Below, piece by piece: positions 1 to 13,188 of a stretch of 64,000 nt of DNA. Numbering within the stretch: the first letter of the stretch is position 1; each line of letters begins with the position of its first letter. This DNA comes from Ophelia neglecta (lineage: Eukaryota): the NCBI GenBank assembly GCA_965285935.1, contig OZ260664.1, positions 26,846,001 through 26,910,000 on the forward strand, given 5' to 3'. Below the pieces are notes generated by a model, which saw only the letters and a list, made by a program, of their open reading frames with translations, made no database searches and was not told where the DNA came from. The position numbers and the translations under genes were made by a program.

Positions 1-1294
1 TGAAGGTCTGATAGTTGAGGGAGAAGGCTGGAGACCCTTTCTTTGGGCCACCTGCCGAGGGCCGCTTGCTAGGACCCTCCTTCTTACCCCCAGCGGTTCC
101 TTTAGCTGGACCAGAATACAACACAGGAGGCAGCTTCTTTTCATCGGGTTTCTAAAATATATATTTAAAAAACATCACTATTGTATGTTATTTTATTGAT
201 ATAACCAACTTGGTTTCTTCTGGAAATGACATGTTTTGTCTTTAGGCCTAAATATATATATTTGATTCAAGTGGTCTCTACACGTACAATTGCACTAACT
301 TTGAGTCCCGGTGGGATCTTGCTTGGTGGTCCAAACCAGGATGGTGTGTATTTCCCAGGCAGGTTCTTGTTTGGCAGCGATGGGTTTATCGGTTTCTTTT
401 TCACCCCAACAGCACGATGTTTCGGTACAAGATTGTCTCTAGGGGTGAGTACTCCATTTCCCTCTCCCTGCAGAAAGTAATGAATTTCCTATTGCAGCTA
501 TCTAAACCAATTGCAGTTTTTATCACATATGAGTACAGTCTTTCTATTGCCTACTTCAAATATATCGGCACATAAGAACCTTAGGGAGGTCGCTGTAGCT
601 GTATAGGTCACGAACTGAAAGACGCAACTCGTAGTTTTTTTGCAATTCAGATTCGTAGAAACCTCGACTACGTCTCAGTTTAACTCCATCTGAATCTCAA
701 ACAAAAGCTCGAGTAACCCTTTATAAAATAACATTGTCGACCATTGCTGTTTTAAGTAGATTGCTTGATTTACGTGCAATGACTTTTATATATACAGTGA
801 AACCGGCCTTAAAGACCACCTCTATAATCAGACTACCTGTCAATTCAGACCACTAATATGAAGACCGTGATGTAAACTTTCAATTCTAAATAACCTGTCT
901 AAACAGACCATCTCTGAAATCAGACCAGTATTTTCCAGTCCCTTAGGTGGTCTTAATCCACAGGTTTCACTGTACATGTAACTGTAATAATGATTAATAG
1001 GATTTCGATAAAATAACCACCAACCTCTGTTTCTATCTCGGAGAGTATTCCGTCCGCCGAGATGGATGACAAGCCTAGCTTGGGTTCATGCTTAAGCAGG
1101 TAGCTGTCACTGTAGTTCGGGGCGTAGGAGAGCGTTCTTCTGCACTGCGGCTGGCTGAAGACTCGGGGTAGGGTTATCCTTGTGGGACGATTCGGCTGAC
1201 GGGAGGCAGGGGGCGCTCGAGTAATGTGACCTCGACCGCCCGTACTCTGCTGTCTGGCAGGCGGATTCTTAGATGAATTGGTCGATGACCGCAT
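1..1294 (-). CDS. Uncharacterised Pro/Lys/Gly-rich protein, 5' part (coding exons 1294-1025, 467-300, 151-<1); gene continues beyond the left edge
   Basis: ATG at 1294 in caacaaaATG context with an in-frame upstream TGA and an acceptor (cccag|) at 1311. Donor GAG|gttggt at 1025. Acceptor tttctgcag| gives a 168-nt open exon (GEGNGVLTPRDN...KYTPSWFGPPSKIPPGLK) ending AAA|gttagt. Acceptor attttag| gives an open exon KPDEKKLPPVLYSG...GSPAFSLNYQTF. All junctions are phase 0 and stop-free. Confidence 0.8.
795..972. mobile_element. MITE of Tc1/mariner-pogo (Tigger-like) type in an intron of gene 1
   Basis: Imperfect ~27-bp terminal inverted repeats (cagtgaaaccggccttaaagaccacct ... aggtggtcttaatccacaggtttcactg) flanked by TA on both sides (793-794, 973-974); internal agacca subrepeats; no ORF. 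Confidence 0.8.
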
Positions 1295-4200
1295 TTTGTT
1301 GATTGTTCACCTGGGCATAACACAGTATAAATAAAGGGTTAGCATTATATCTTAAAAGTATGATATTGGTATTTGCATTTTACTTAAATAAGGTAATTGG
1401 CACATTGCTGATTAACAATGATTATATTGCACAAATTTAACGTGTTCTGGGCTTAACTGTATGGGATTGAAGATTGTCGTTGTGGTCATAATGCTGGCGG
1501 CGGTTTCGGAGGGTTTCGGATAAATTAAATGTGCTAGGCCTATGTCTGATTAGGCCTTATAATTCCGCTTTGTCTACCGGTAATCAATGTTTACTCTTCT
1601 TTTTTTGTGAAGAGCAAACACGATAAAGCTCCCTCCTAAATTATATTAGTACATGGAGATGTATGTCTTTGTTAACAGTCATTTTAGTTGTTACTATCTA
1701 ATAAATGTCTTAAATAAGTGGTTTTACGCCGGGTCAGTGAAACTCATTTGGTTTGGTTTGGAACCGCTAATAAAGGTAAACAATAATTATTGGCATAGAT
1801 CATGCACCATTGGTCAGCAAAGGAAGGCAACGCAGTAGTAGGTTCCTGGCGTGACAGCGCCTAAAGGTGTAGGCCTAGACTTCTAGCTCTTGATAACTGA
1901 TCACGAGAGTGTGTGCACCTATCCCTTCTTCTGATACTATTATGTTTATTGTATGATAACTTTTACTTGATTCAAAGTAAAAAAAAAAATTATTCTAACT
2001 TACATGTAAATCGATCCCGGTAAGTCAGGATTTTTAAATTCCCAAATGCTTTGCGGCAAAGAAAATAATGCATGATATAGAACGTATCAAAGTATTAATG
2101 TTCCCCTTTTTTAGTAGTGTCTTCTAGTTTTTCAAACAGGGGCGTTGTAAGTATAACGAAATGAGATATGGCGAATGGTAGGTTACCGAGCAAGATGAAT
2201 AACGGAAATCGTCAATCATTCTGGGAATTGAATAAGGTTCTTCATGCTAATGCTTTTTTGGCCAGAATGATGACAGTCATTATACTAAACCATTCTCAAG
2301 CACTGAAAAGATATGACGGCTTAAACGTTCATTTTTATTTTACCCATTTTAATAATATACAAAAGGCACCTTGGTAAGTAGCCGTTGAGTAAATTGGCGT
2401 TTTCAATCATTTTTAGGATTACTGCAGGTGACTTATTTTAATAGATAGGAAAGCGTTTTTCTGAGACAGAAGAACTTTACATAAACAAAAACATCACTCC
2501 GGGACATCACTTTCCTTGTTTCCAGGTTGGACATTTGGCATATGATATCTAGATGAAGCCTTTTGCCCAAAGCAAGAACACGCGTAACTCTGTACACGGC
2601 AATACCATTATACGAGTTTTATCTTTGTCTCCCCTACAGGGTATTTGTTCCTCTACCAATAAGGATTGATTGCAGCCTGGATCAATAAAGTTTATGTAGA
2701 ATGTATTGCGAATTATATAATATACTGTTTTCTACGATTGTATTATATAGAAATAAGGCAGGGTTCATTGAACACTCTGGATTTCTGATTGGTCTATAAT
2801 TATGTCGGTAACTGTGTTTTTTATTAATAACTGTATACCTGTACATATACAGGCCTATGAACAAGGAAATATTTTGGTGCACATAGATTTAATAGCATAT
2901 TTACTTTCCAGTCATGAAGTATTTACATATAGGCCTAAGCAGTCTAAGAAGATAATGTGGCAGAAAGTTGACGATGCCCGTATAGTTTTTGTTGAGACCA
3001 AATTGCAATCAATGTTTTCCAATGCTTCAACCCACGTGAAAAAACGAGCGTTGGCAGAGAACACAGCCACCAGAACTGTGGCGCCCATTTTGTGTATGAT
3101 AACACCGTCAGAGTCAGTATTACTGGAAAATAATTACGGACTAGAGCCTATACATAGCCGAAGTTCCGTCATTATTTTCTAACATGCTGATTTGTGAGGG
3201 CATTTGAATTTGTACTATTGTATATGCATATAGCTGAGTGCAAAGTAGAGAACGAATATACCCAAAAAGGACAACGTCAGCAACTCAACAAGACAATACA
3301 CTACATTACCAAAGAGATAACTTGTATCAGTGGAGAATAAACACGATTAACTGATTTTATGAAATCAATCATACCACTTAGCACAATTTATAAAGATCAT
3401 GTTTGAACGAGAGGCTTTGATATTCCAAACTATAGAATAACAAATATTTCTAATTAAGGGCCATATATCGACAGAGCATTGTATGCCTACAGGCTGCAGA
3501 GTCGATCATTATCAATACAAAAAGTGTTTTAGTTATTAGTTCGTGCATGTCTTACACTATTTCTTTGAGATATGTTTTCTTTAATATTGAGTTTACAAAT
3601 ATAGTGTTAGCTCTTTTCAACTAAAACTGCTTCTACGTTTACCATTATATGCTATCCTTGTGATAAAACATCATATCACTTTTTGCAATTTCGATCGGCC
3701 TTGCTTAGAGGTAGAAGCGAAGGTTTACATTCAATTTTGCACGGTGTAGACAGTCACACTTCAACCAGACGAAGTCTCTCTTATACCTATACAGGCTCTT
3801 AGAATGTAAGCAAACTGTGTGCCGCTTTTGAAAAGTAAATCATATTAATATGTAGTTCGATTTAGACTAATAGGCCAATAATCAGTTCTTACCGCCGTGA
3901 TATTAAATATTCATGGGATCAATTGTGCTTATATGAAATCACATTTAAATGTATGTGACAAAGGTATTTGATTACAATATTATTATTAGTGTGAGTCTTA
4001 GTTTCTAGTCGAACAAAGAAGCCTATTAATGAAATCATTGCAGTAGGCTGGTAATACAAATCAATACACTCGCGAATATTGAGCAATCTGTCTGGCTCTA
4101 GGTCTGCAACTATTAATTGAACAAAACATGGAAAAAGAGAAATAGAGAGAGGGACAGTGTACGTTCACGTTCAGTGACAGGTCATTCCCGGATTGTTTGG

Positions 4201-5444
4201 AATCAAGAACCCACAATGGGAGGATTAACGGGCATGCTGTTCGTCGATCAAAGTGACTAAATAGTGGCAGTTTACCAAATCATGGCTAAAACTAAGTAAA
4301 TTATGGCTTATACACAAAAAATCCATCGATCAGACGTAGTAGTTATAAAAATGACACAATATATTCCTGTTTAAGTACAGAACTGACATGGAAAATAACC
4401 CACTGGGTCATTTTCACAGGATCTGGAGAACCCTTTTTGTTCTTCGTGGTAAATAAAAGAAGATATGGGTCGTCTGCCCGCAGAAATAACGAGTGATACT
4501 TATTCCTTGGAACTCTATGCGAAGCTTGGACTAAACCATGCCAAAAGACCACATAACCAATCGAAGGATTTCATAGTTTTCAGAATGTTTACAGGTTTTG
4601 TATTTCTTAGTATTGCTAACCGTATGACGATTTATATCTTGTTTCAAATTTTACCGAAATACATCATTTATTCTACATCGTATCCATCGACGTTTTTGGT
4701 ATTGTTTTCATCAAATGATTATCGATTCCGTGATTACACGCACATTAACACTTTCTATCGATCGGTGTAAATTATACATGTAAAAATACTTTGCACCAAG
4801 ACATTTACATCAGAAAATGTTGTTGATAGTGGATTGACATAATTTATACCATCTAGTAGAACCTCAGGTATAATAAATGTCAAAGCATCGAAATAAGCCT
4901 TGAAGACCTATTTCTCTGACGTTACGTCTTTGTTCGAGAAATTCGTGTGCACGAACATACTGAAATCTAAACGTTCTTGACATAATATGATGTTTGCTTT
5001 TTCGCGTAAATATATACCAGGCAGCTATAACAAAAGTACCGTAAAACGGACAGGACCTGTGAAAGGCAGGATATGAAACAAAATTATAATAATGTATCTC
5101 CACATATGTGTATACTTCAGTAGCCTCTCCTAATTTTAATTTTTACTCTTTTTTAAAGCATAAATGGAATGTCAGTCAAAGTCGCCCATATCAACCAAAC
5201 CAGTTGGCGCTGCAATCGTCCCTCCTTGTAGGAAAAAGACCAAAGGCAGAGATGCAATCAATTATTCAGAGAAAAAAATCCGGCATCAAGATATGAATAA
5301 TTGTGATTATTCTTCTGCAATATTAGAAGGCAGCACAGCAATAAGTTTAATTGACATCCGGTACTCGGAAGAAAGATTTTCATAGGTAGACAACAAACCT
5401 GCAATGAGCAATGCGATCGATTCCCGACCAGACATGAGAGCAGG

Positions 5445-7007
5445 ATGAGGCGTCCTTCGGTGATGGGAGGCAAATACAGGATGCTCCCTGGACAAGATGT
5501 TTCAAAAAGATTGTCATTTGATGGGAAATCACTTGTGTATACTTACAAGAATCTTACATCATACGCCCTTCCGCAAAGTAGTTTTATATCGGCAAACTTA
5601 CCGACCGATGTCCACTACCTCAAGCAAAACAGTCAGATAATTATTCAGCCCAGGCTAAGCGCATTTGGATCGGATTCTAAGAGGACAGCTGAACTTCACG
5701 TGTTAAATAAATATAGTCCAAGAATAACTAAAAATAATACCATCATATTACCAAAACTTGCATTAACAGATGAGTTTGAGGCAGAAGAACGTTTGAAAGA
5801 AGCCCTTGTATTAGGGGGCAACAAAGAACAAGTCAACAAAGAACCATGGTGTTCTTTTGAAGCCTACAATGGCCATACCCAGCAGAAAACCGGCTCGATG
5901 AATCCCAAACACCGCAGATTCAATAATTTTATTGCTGATAATGAACGGAAATCTGGAACCGTTGCCCAGAAGACAATTTCAAAAGTGGGATATTTGCCAC
6001 AATTTGACAATGACTCAAACTCGGCAGCTGACACAAATAAATTGGGAGAGACTAGAAAAGAGGGACAACGCTCGCTGGATGTAACACCAAGAATTACTAA
6101 AAAGATGAATTCATTATATTTCGAAGGGAATTCGTCAAGGAGCCCTTATGAGCATCAGAGTAAAGGCACACAAGGGATTTTCCTTGAATGGACAAAACAA
6201 AGGGCTGAACAAAGGCGTCTATTGGGTAACGCTCATAAACAACAAAACCCAGGCCTGCCAAGAATGCCAGGCAGGGACGGAATGCAGGAAACCCCAGAAG
6301 CGACCATATCTAGATGGCAGAGTTCCAATTTATTAGGACACCGAGAAAACGCTGGACATCATGGATTGAAACAATTTAAAGCCCGGTTAGATATGGCTAA
6401 CACAATAAAAACGATGTCACTGGATGGCACACATTTCCCTTCAGATGAAGAAGCCATTTCAAAGTCTGACAAATATAATTTTGCTAAATTCAAGCACAAT
6501 AAAAGTCAGAAGATGGTTCGGGTACCGAATTCCATTGCCGATGACGTCACTCGGAATAGTCAGATAGCCCAGTTACCTAAACAAGTTCCACATTATGAGT
6601 ATACAGTCGTTATGGATCCTAGTCAAACCGTTCGCACTAAGCCAACATCGCAACCCGACTCAGCTACTTTCGGTTATCGCGAGCCCCTCACATTTCGTTC
6701 TTTTAGAGACCAACGGAGTAAAAGCTACGAAATGTATGAAAAGGCATATGCGATGCGGGAAAAATTGGAACAAGAGGAGCGAGAAATGTTCTGCAGTATG
6801 AAGCGAAATGAAAGTGTTCCTCAATATGAAGAAGTTCATATTGATTTGAAACCAGAGAACATCGAGCCCATGTCCTACCACACTGGCAACCGGAGACCTG
6901 CAGTGAAAAATCCATGGGAACCGCACCAATGGCAGGAGCTGCCCCCAACACCTTATCTCCCCATGAATCCTCCTCCCTCGGCAGCCAGCTGTAACAGGGA
7001 GATGTAA
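5445..7007 (+). CDS. Uncharacterised 520-aa hydrophilic, likely intrinsically disordered protein (single coding exon)
   Basis: 1563-nt ORF in AT-rich DNA with an in-frame upstream stop near 5352; candidate acceptor ttttttaaag| at about 5158; S/K/N/Q/E/P-rich with a short charged helical segment (YEMYEKAYAMREKLEQEEREM) and a Pro-rich C-terminus; no recognisable domain. Confidence 0.75.
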   Translation: MRRPSVMGGKYRMLPGQDVSKRLSFDGKSLVYTYKNLTSYALPQSSFISANLPTDVHYLKQNSQIIIQPRLSAFGSDSKRTAELHVLNKYSPRITKNNTIILPKLALTDEFEAEERLKEALVLGGNKEQVNKEPWCSFEAYNGHTQQKTGSMNPKHRRFNNFIADNERKSGTVAQKTISKVGYLPQFDNDSNSAADTNKLGETRKEGQRSLDVTPRITKKMNSLYFEGNSSRSPYEHQSKGTQGIFLEWTKQRAEQRRLLGNAHKQQNPGLPRMPGRDGMQETPEATISRWQSSNLLGHRENAGHHGLKQFKARLDMANTIKTMSLDGTHFPSDEEAISKSDKYNFAKFKHNKSQKMVRVPNSIADDVTRNSQIAQLPKQVPHYEYTVVMDPSQTVRTKPTSQPDSATFGYREPLTFRSFRDQRSKSYEMYEKAYAMREKLEQEEREMFCSMKRNESVPQYEEVHIDLKPENIEPMSYHTGNRRPAVKNPWEPHQWQELPPTPYLPMNPPPSAASCNREM

Positions 7008-7586
7008 AGGGTCGATTCAAAGGTTTAACCCGCAAGACAAATAAAGATTTGGTCATCACACTTATGAAAGACCTAAATACTGTTATGCGTTTAAGAATGG
7101 GTTTAATATGAAACTCTAACTGTGAAGCTCGTGGCCACCGTCCTTGGCTTAAATGACCTATCAATAATCCTTTTTTAAGCACTTCAAAGGGGAAAAGATG
7201 TCTTGAATACTACTTCAGTTTATGCAATTCAAAGAAGAAACAAATTGAGCATACTAATTTTGCATTTTTTTCCCAAGTATCTTACTAGTTAAATTGTGTA
7301 TACAAATATACCAAGCATTGTTCCTGAGAGTTTGTTTATTTCACTATAATTAATATTTTGTCTGCAGTCCCATAAAGTTTTTGGTACATGTTTTTCTTTG
7401 TTCACTGTTCACTAGCTTGAATGACATACACTATAAAACAGTCCTACTCTGATAAAGTGAGATGAATCATCATTATCCGATATATTGAATTATGATTGAA
7501 AATCACACATGCATAGAAATATTCTTTCAAAAATACCTTTATTTCTTGTGTGATACGTTAATTGTAAGGAAGAGATTTAGACGCTT

Positions 7587-7686
7587 GTAAATTATACTTT
7601 TACATTTGTAAAATAAATTATACTTGTACATTTGTAAGGTAAATTATAATTTTACATCTGTTAAGTAAATTATACTTTTACATATG
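7587..7686. repeat. AT-rich tandem repeat, ~26-bp unit x4
   Basis: Repeated taaattatacttttacatttgtaa.. units. Confidence 0.7.
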
Positions 7687-9202
7687 TCTATTTATCATTC
7701 GAAGAAAAATATCCATTTCGCATGAAAATTATTTTTATTATAAAGCCGCTAACTACCCTAAAGGAATAAATAATTTTGCTGATTTGAAAAGGGCCAGTAA
7801 CGTTTCCGCTTTCCTGTCAAACGATTTGTAAGAATAAACAAAGTATTGTTTGAATGACTAGAATTCATTTCTTTAGGTTATATAAATTCTATAAACTATT
7901 ATAATTCTAATTTCTGGAGACAGTGAGTAAGTTCGTTCCATACCAAACCAGTCTATATTCTGGCAGCAGTCCAGCAGGCCCTTTAACTCGCAGACTAGCT
8001 TCGCGCATGCGTGGCTGCTTTCAATGCAGCTGATGCAAGTTGGTATAAGAAGTCGATCAAATGCTCCTTTACACTAAAGGGTCGGTTTAGACTATGTCAG
8101 TTGTATTAAATATTCAAATTTACAATTTCATGCTGGCTTGTTGAAAACTATTGTTAATACCTAAGACAAAAGAGTCCTCAACTTTATTTGTTGAAATGTC
8201 GTTTATCGGTATTAAAGAAGAAGTTAATGACGGGCGGTCGGCGCTAGGATTATAGGAAGGTTTCTTTTATCGAAAACTCAAAAGGGTACGAAACTTGCCT
8301 CCTTTGTATCCCTGCTGAGTGCCTCGAAAACCTCGAGAACTAACCTAGAGAAATACTTGGTAATATCAGCACCATACTAAAGTTACGTGTCTATTATACA
8401 TATATACTGTACATCTACTTGAATTTGATTAGTAGTCGAAACTCGCTATAATTTTCGTATATTGTAACCCCAGTAGCAACTGCCAGTCAGAAAAAACCAA
8501 CTACAACTACCTTAATAAAAGTATCACTATCTAGATCACATAATATCAAAATAGAAATGTATTGTGGGTTAAGGGAGCTTTAACTTAATTGTGTGTTAAA
8601 AGTTAAAGTACAGGCAAATTTCCTTGTTCGTTTTTTGGTCCTTAGATTCGCTATTTCCTTGCTTTTTTTAATGTGTGATTATGGTAGGTCAGGGCAAAAA
8701 TGTTTTCGAAAACACTGTAGAACGGAGTTTTTGCATGCACAAAAGTTAGCGAATATTATTCCAACATGACCATTGTAATATAATCCAATACCCTAACGTT
8801 TGTTCGCGCATTGTTATTCTCATTCGATAGGTACCTACTAAACAGATACAATCATTCACACAAATTATGGGAATCCCGCACTATTAACCTCAAGTTTGAG
8901 CACTGATATGCCAAAAAGAATCTGAATAAATAGCACATTTGGGCCCAGAAGTGCTAAAATTGAACGTACGCCTCATATATAAAAAATAAGGCGGATCTAT
9001 TTTAGTTGTACTTTATTAGTTTAGCTAGCAAGTCTTCAAGTATTAGGAATGAGAACTTGAAAAGTGTTAGAAACAATTAAGCGCACCCCCATCACCCCCC
9101 CCCCCCCCCACGTAGAACGAGTATAAACACGACAAGGTGAATGCTAATATGATCTTACTGCTTAATTTGTAAAATTAGATGGACTAAAAAGTTACTTCCA
9201 TA

Positions 9203-9335
9203 NNNNNNNNNNNNNNNNNNNNNNNNNNNNNNNNNNNNNNNNNNNNNNNNNNNNNNNNNNNNNNNNNNNNNNNNNNNNNNNNNNNNNNNNNNNNNNNNNN
9301 NNNNNNNNNNNNNNNNNNNNNNNNNNNNNNNNNNN
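9203..9335. other. Assembly gap (133 N)
   Basis: Run of N. Confidence 0.99.
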
Positions 9336-11327
9336 TGTCAAAGACATTATGTGTCCACTTTGAAATGGACAAGCGATATATTTATTTTACTCACATTATC
9401 CTTTTTCTAACCGCTGTATATATAATTATATATATACCATTCTTACCTTATTTAAGGCAGCTGAACTTAAGTATCCTAAGTAGGTCCAACTAATATTTTG
9501 GTACTTCTTGCAACCAACAAACTCTCTTCTGTTCGACACCGCTCATAATATTGCAATAAATACCCGTGTTTGTTTCGTGGGCGCAATTGAAGATGAAATG
9601 TTAGTCGGCTTAGGGGCCATATGCCTACAACTGTTGCGGCGTTTCCTAATATCATTTTCCTATATATCTTATTTGCCATTTAGAAGATATCCTTCCAGCA
9701 AATCTACACGCCTCATCATAACACATTTCTGCGTCATACAGTGCCGGAGAAATCTAGAAAGCTTTAGGCGTTTCCCAAGTTAAAAGCCACTCAAGGGCAA
9801 TTCGTATTTAGATACACCTTCAGATGGTTAAATATTAAGGTACGTCATGGTTAATAACAAGAACTTAAAAACAATCCTAAACATATGTGGCCATTTTGGG
9901 TACTTAAAGGCTATAAACCTAACGACATCACACTCCCGTGAAGATACGAGATTATGATTTGGTGGCAGATATGCATTTTCAATGGTTGTATTGAAAAAAA
10001 AGTCTTGACAAATGCACCAGGAGGAGGAAACTCGTTTGGGTTGTAATTGCACAAAGGCAACACTCTCATTTGGTAAAGTAATTCCAGCCTTTAGTTTGCT
10101 GTAACCCCGTTTCGCCCCCAGCATCCCGTGTAGGCCTACCATTGATTTCGCAATCCACAACTGGTTGCCTCGTTCATGATCATGAAGAAGTTTCTATCTT
10201 CATTTCCTCTTGTATTGCACCGATTCAGAGAACATTAGCCAGCTAACAGCATTCTCCGCCTACCTCTTAGGTCTTTTACCGTGAGCCAGTTGTGTTTTTT
10301 TTTTTCGCGTTTAGCATTTTTATTAAGCCAAGCATCTCGTTAATGATTCCGTCCTAGAGTTACGGAGTTTTCGTGTGAATGTTTTGTTCTTTTTTATTTG
10401 CGCCTGACCACTGAACAATCGTAACATATCTAAGTGTAATTCACGTGATCTTACTCTTTCCTCTAAGGGCCTCTGCCTTGTAGGACTAGATTGAGTTCTG
10501 GCCATTTCAATGGTTGTTGAGAGTCGGCTGTAGACATTACATCCACAAACTCTTCCAATGTGATAGATTTCCATTTATGACTTCGGGTACCAATCAACCG
10601 ACGTACGTTCATCTTAAAACATGCAGGTCTTCTGTAACTTCACACACAACAGTCAGTTGATCCCTATCCATATCAGTACATATAACCTGGTCTCCTTTTC
10701 ATCCACGGATGATATATTACAGTTACTGTGTTTGTTAGTGAATCCTTTAAGGGACTCGGCAACAATACTACTTACAGATGAGGTCTTAAAGGAAGTCCTG
10801 TAGTACACTGACTTCTCTCAGATCGGGAGTCAAATCATACTTAATCTCGCCACTGTTGCAAATTTGAAGTCGGTCGGCCGATGTTCGGATTATGGCAGAT
10901 CACATATGGAAAAACAGCCTGGTCGTAAACAGGCAAGGGTATCTTGTCTAGGAACTTTTTTCATACCATGCATTAGCAACCTCAACAACAGTCTGTGTGC
11001 TAAATGACTGGCTACTGCAGATGATGATACGGCTTGAGACTAGACAAACCAGCAATATAGCAACCTTTTCTAGACCATGCCTGTACTAAATATACATTTT
11101 ACAGTGTACAAGGAATCTGTCATATCAAACTCAGTTATTAAACCTTCATGTCTTATTTATTTTAACAATAGTTTTAAGTAGGATGTATGTGCGTTATGTG
11201 GAAATCGAACATAACGGCATTGAAACGGGTAGAGTACAGAATCAATGTTTTAACATGGGTGCACATGTATGATAAGCCCTAGTGTTTGATAATAGGTAGT
11301 CTTCCGTTGCTGCTCCTGCATGTATGA

Positions 11328-11562
11328 CAGTGGCATAGGAAGCGGGGAGGCCGGGGGGGGGGCACTTTAAAAAGGGGGGGGGGCATAATATGTTTTGCCC
11401 CCCCCCCCACTTTTTAATGATGACCCTCTAACTTTGCCCCCCCCCCTCCAATTTAAAAAAGTAGGGGGTCATCATATGTTTTGACACCCCCCCCCCCCAC
11501 ACTTTTTATGCCGCTGATGTCAAGTTGGTCCCCTCACTTTGATTTTCCTTCCTACGCCTCTG
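11328..11562. mobile_element. Non-autonomous DNA transposon/MITE with G/C homopolymer core
   Basis: Inverted ends cagtggcataggaag ... cttcctacgcctctg; internal alternating G and C runs with a duplicated atatgttttg-C-run block. No perfect TSD (tatga / gatga near-match). Confidence 0.65.
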
Positions 11563-13174
11563 GATGAACGAACGAAACTCGTACACCTGAATACATTACA
11601 CTAACTAAATTAACACGATCAATAAAATAATCATGTGTGCGCGCAACAAGAATAATCGTTCAGCCTAGAAGTAAACGATATCACTAATGTTTGGCCAATA
11701 CCAAATGAAAAATAATTTGCCCGTTTAATCTTTTCGAAACACATTCAATTGGATCGTGGCACGAGGATTATGATTATGTCCAAAGAGCGTATAATTTATA
11801 TCAATTCATATGCCATATCATGTGCGTGTAATTGTTTGGTATTCATTCCCACTAAGTAATCACAAGATTTAAAGTTAATGCGTGCTATTTCAATCGTGCA
11901 CTACAGAACTAACCAATTACACGCTAGTTTGACTTCATGCCAAAATGTGATCCTGAAACTTCTAGCTCCGCACTGCTGTGTCCGAACATTCGTTGTAGGC
12001 TTAAGGAAATATGAAGGTGTTGAACCCCTCAGAAGGAGCCATTACTTTTAGGATCAATCTGAATATATGAGGTCTTATACATTCAAGAAAAAAAGATGAC
12101 TGATAGATCAATTTGTACACACCATCTATCAATGGGTAATACCATTTTGGCTGGGTTCCTAATGAAGGCTGGCTGTCATTAATGCCGAGTCTAGAGTTTT
12201 TTTAAGGGGGGAAGGAGGGAGGGGGCCATTAGTTTCGGTGTGGGTCTCTTCTCCCAAAAACGGGATGACGAGGTAACCGAGAGCCAGATACCCTAGCTGT
12301 CCCCTATGGGAGGTGACCCCCCCCCCCCTCGAGACGTTCTATGTGCCAACTTGAGGTAAGAAAATATTCGGTCCAAGCATCCATATCTCCCATCTAGATC
12401 CGCCGAAACAAAACATCGAGTCAGTTTAAAAATCCATCTCTGGCATTACCATTCATGCGGTATAGCACGTCCATCGGGCATAGAAATTGATATCCAGGAT
12501 ACTTTAGATATATATAGCGTTAAAGAGAATCTATTTGCACAGCTGTGCATGAATCAATCTGGACTCTACAAATAAGCGCCTAGAGATTTAAAGAAAGGTG
12601 AGCGGTTATTACTATGATTCCAACTATATAGCTTATTCGGCAGATAATAACCAGACATACTACTGATGTGTATGTATATAATATGTATATTTGCTAACAG
12701 TCGGATTGTTATTAATTTCTCACAGTACATGAACAGTTATAAAGCCTAGCAAGTCTGAAACGGGAGAAAAGGACGATTATATTAACAAAACAATTAAACC
12801 TATAGTTGGTAAGCCTATAGGATTTTTTCAGTGTCAATACAAAGACCCGGGGAAAGGCTACGAAAATAATTCAAGACTTAATTATCTATCCCCTTAGTAT
12901 TTTTTTTATAGTCTATAGGAATTGTCTATAGGATTTATACTAGGCTGTAACTTTATAGAACCACTGTCTGATCCGTACAAGCCATTTATTGGATGTTCCT
13001 TGTAAAAATATTCTCAATAACAACTTTATGATACCTAACTCTCAGTGGTTTTCGGTCAGCTACTCTGATATACTAACAATTCGATAGTATAGCGGTGTTC
13101 AAGTAGGCTAAATTGGGACAATAAAGGTAAATATAGTCGATTTAACATTTCATTCCTACAGCAAAGCGTTTTAC

Positions 13175-13188
13175 ATTACCATGGTAAC
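13175..13188. promoter_or_regulatory. Candidate RFX X-box upstream of gene 3
   Basis: attaccatggtaac is one mismatch from the palindromic X-box GTTNCCATGGNAAC, about 1.1 kb upstream of the ATG at 14319. Confidence 0.35.

Noticed and set aside
226-480. Plus-strand 84-aa ORF, and similar antisense or overlapping ORFs at 6660-7182, 14249-14476, 24977-25642 and 26916-27143
   Set aside because: Shadows of real exons on the opposite strand or in another frame.
8001-8012. NRF1-like palindrome (cgcgcatgcg)
   Set aside because: Single motif with no gene start assignable nearby.
9184-9372. 62-aa ORF
   Set aside because: Artefact of reading through the N gap.
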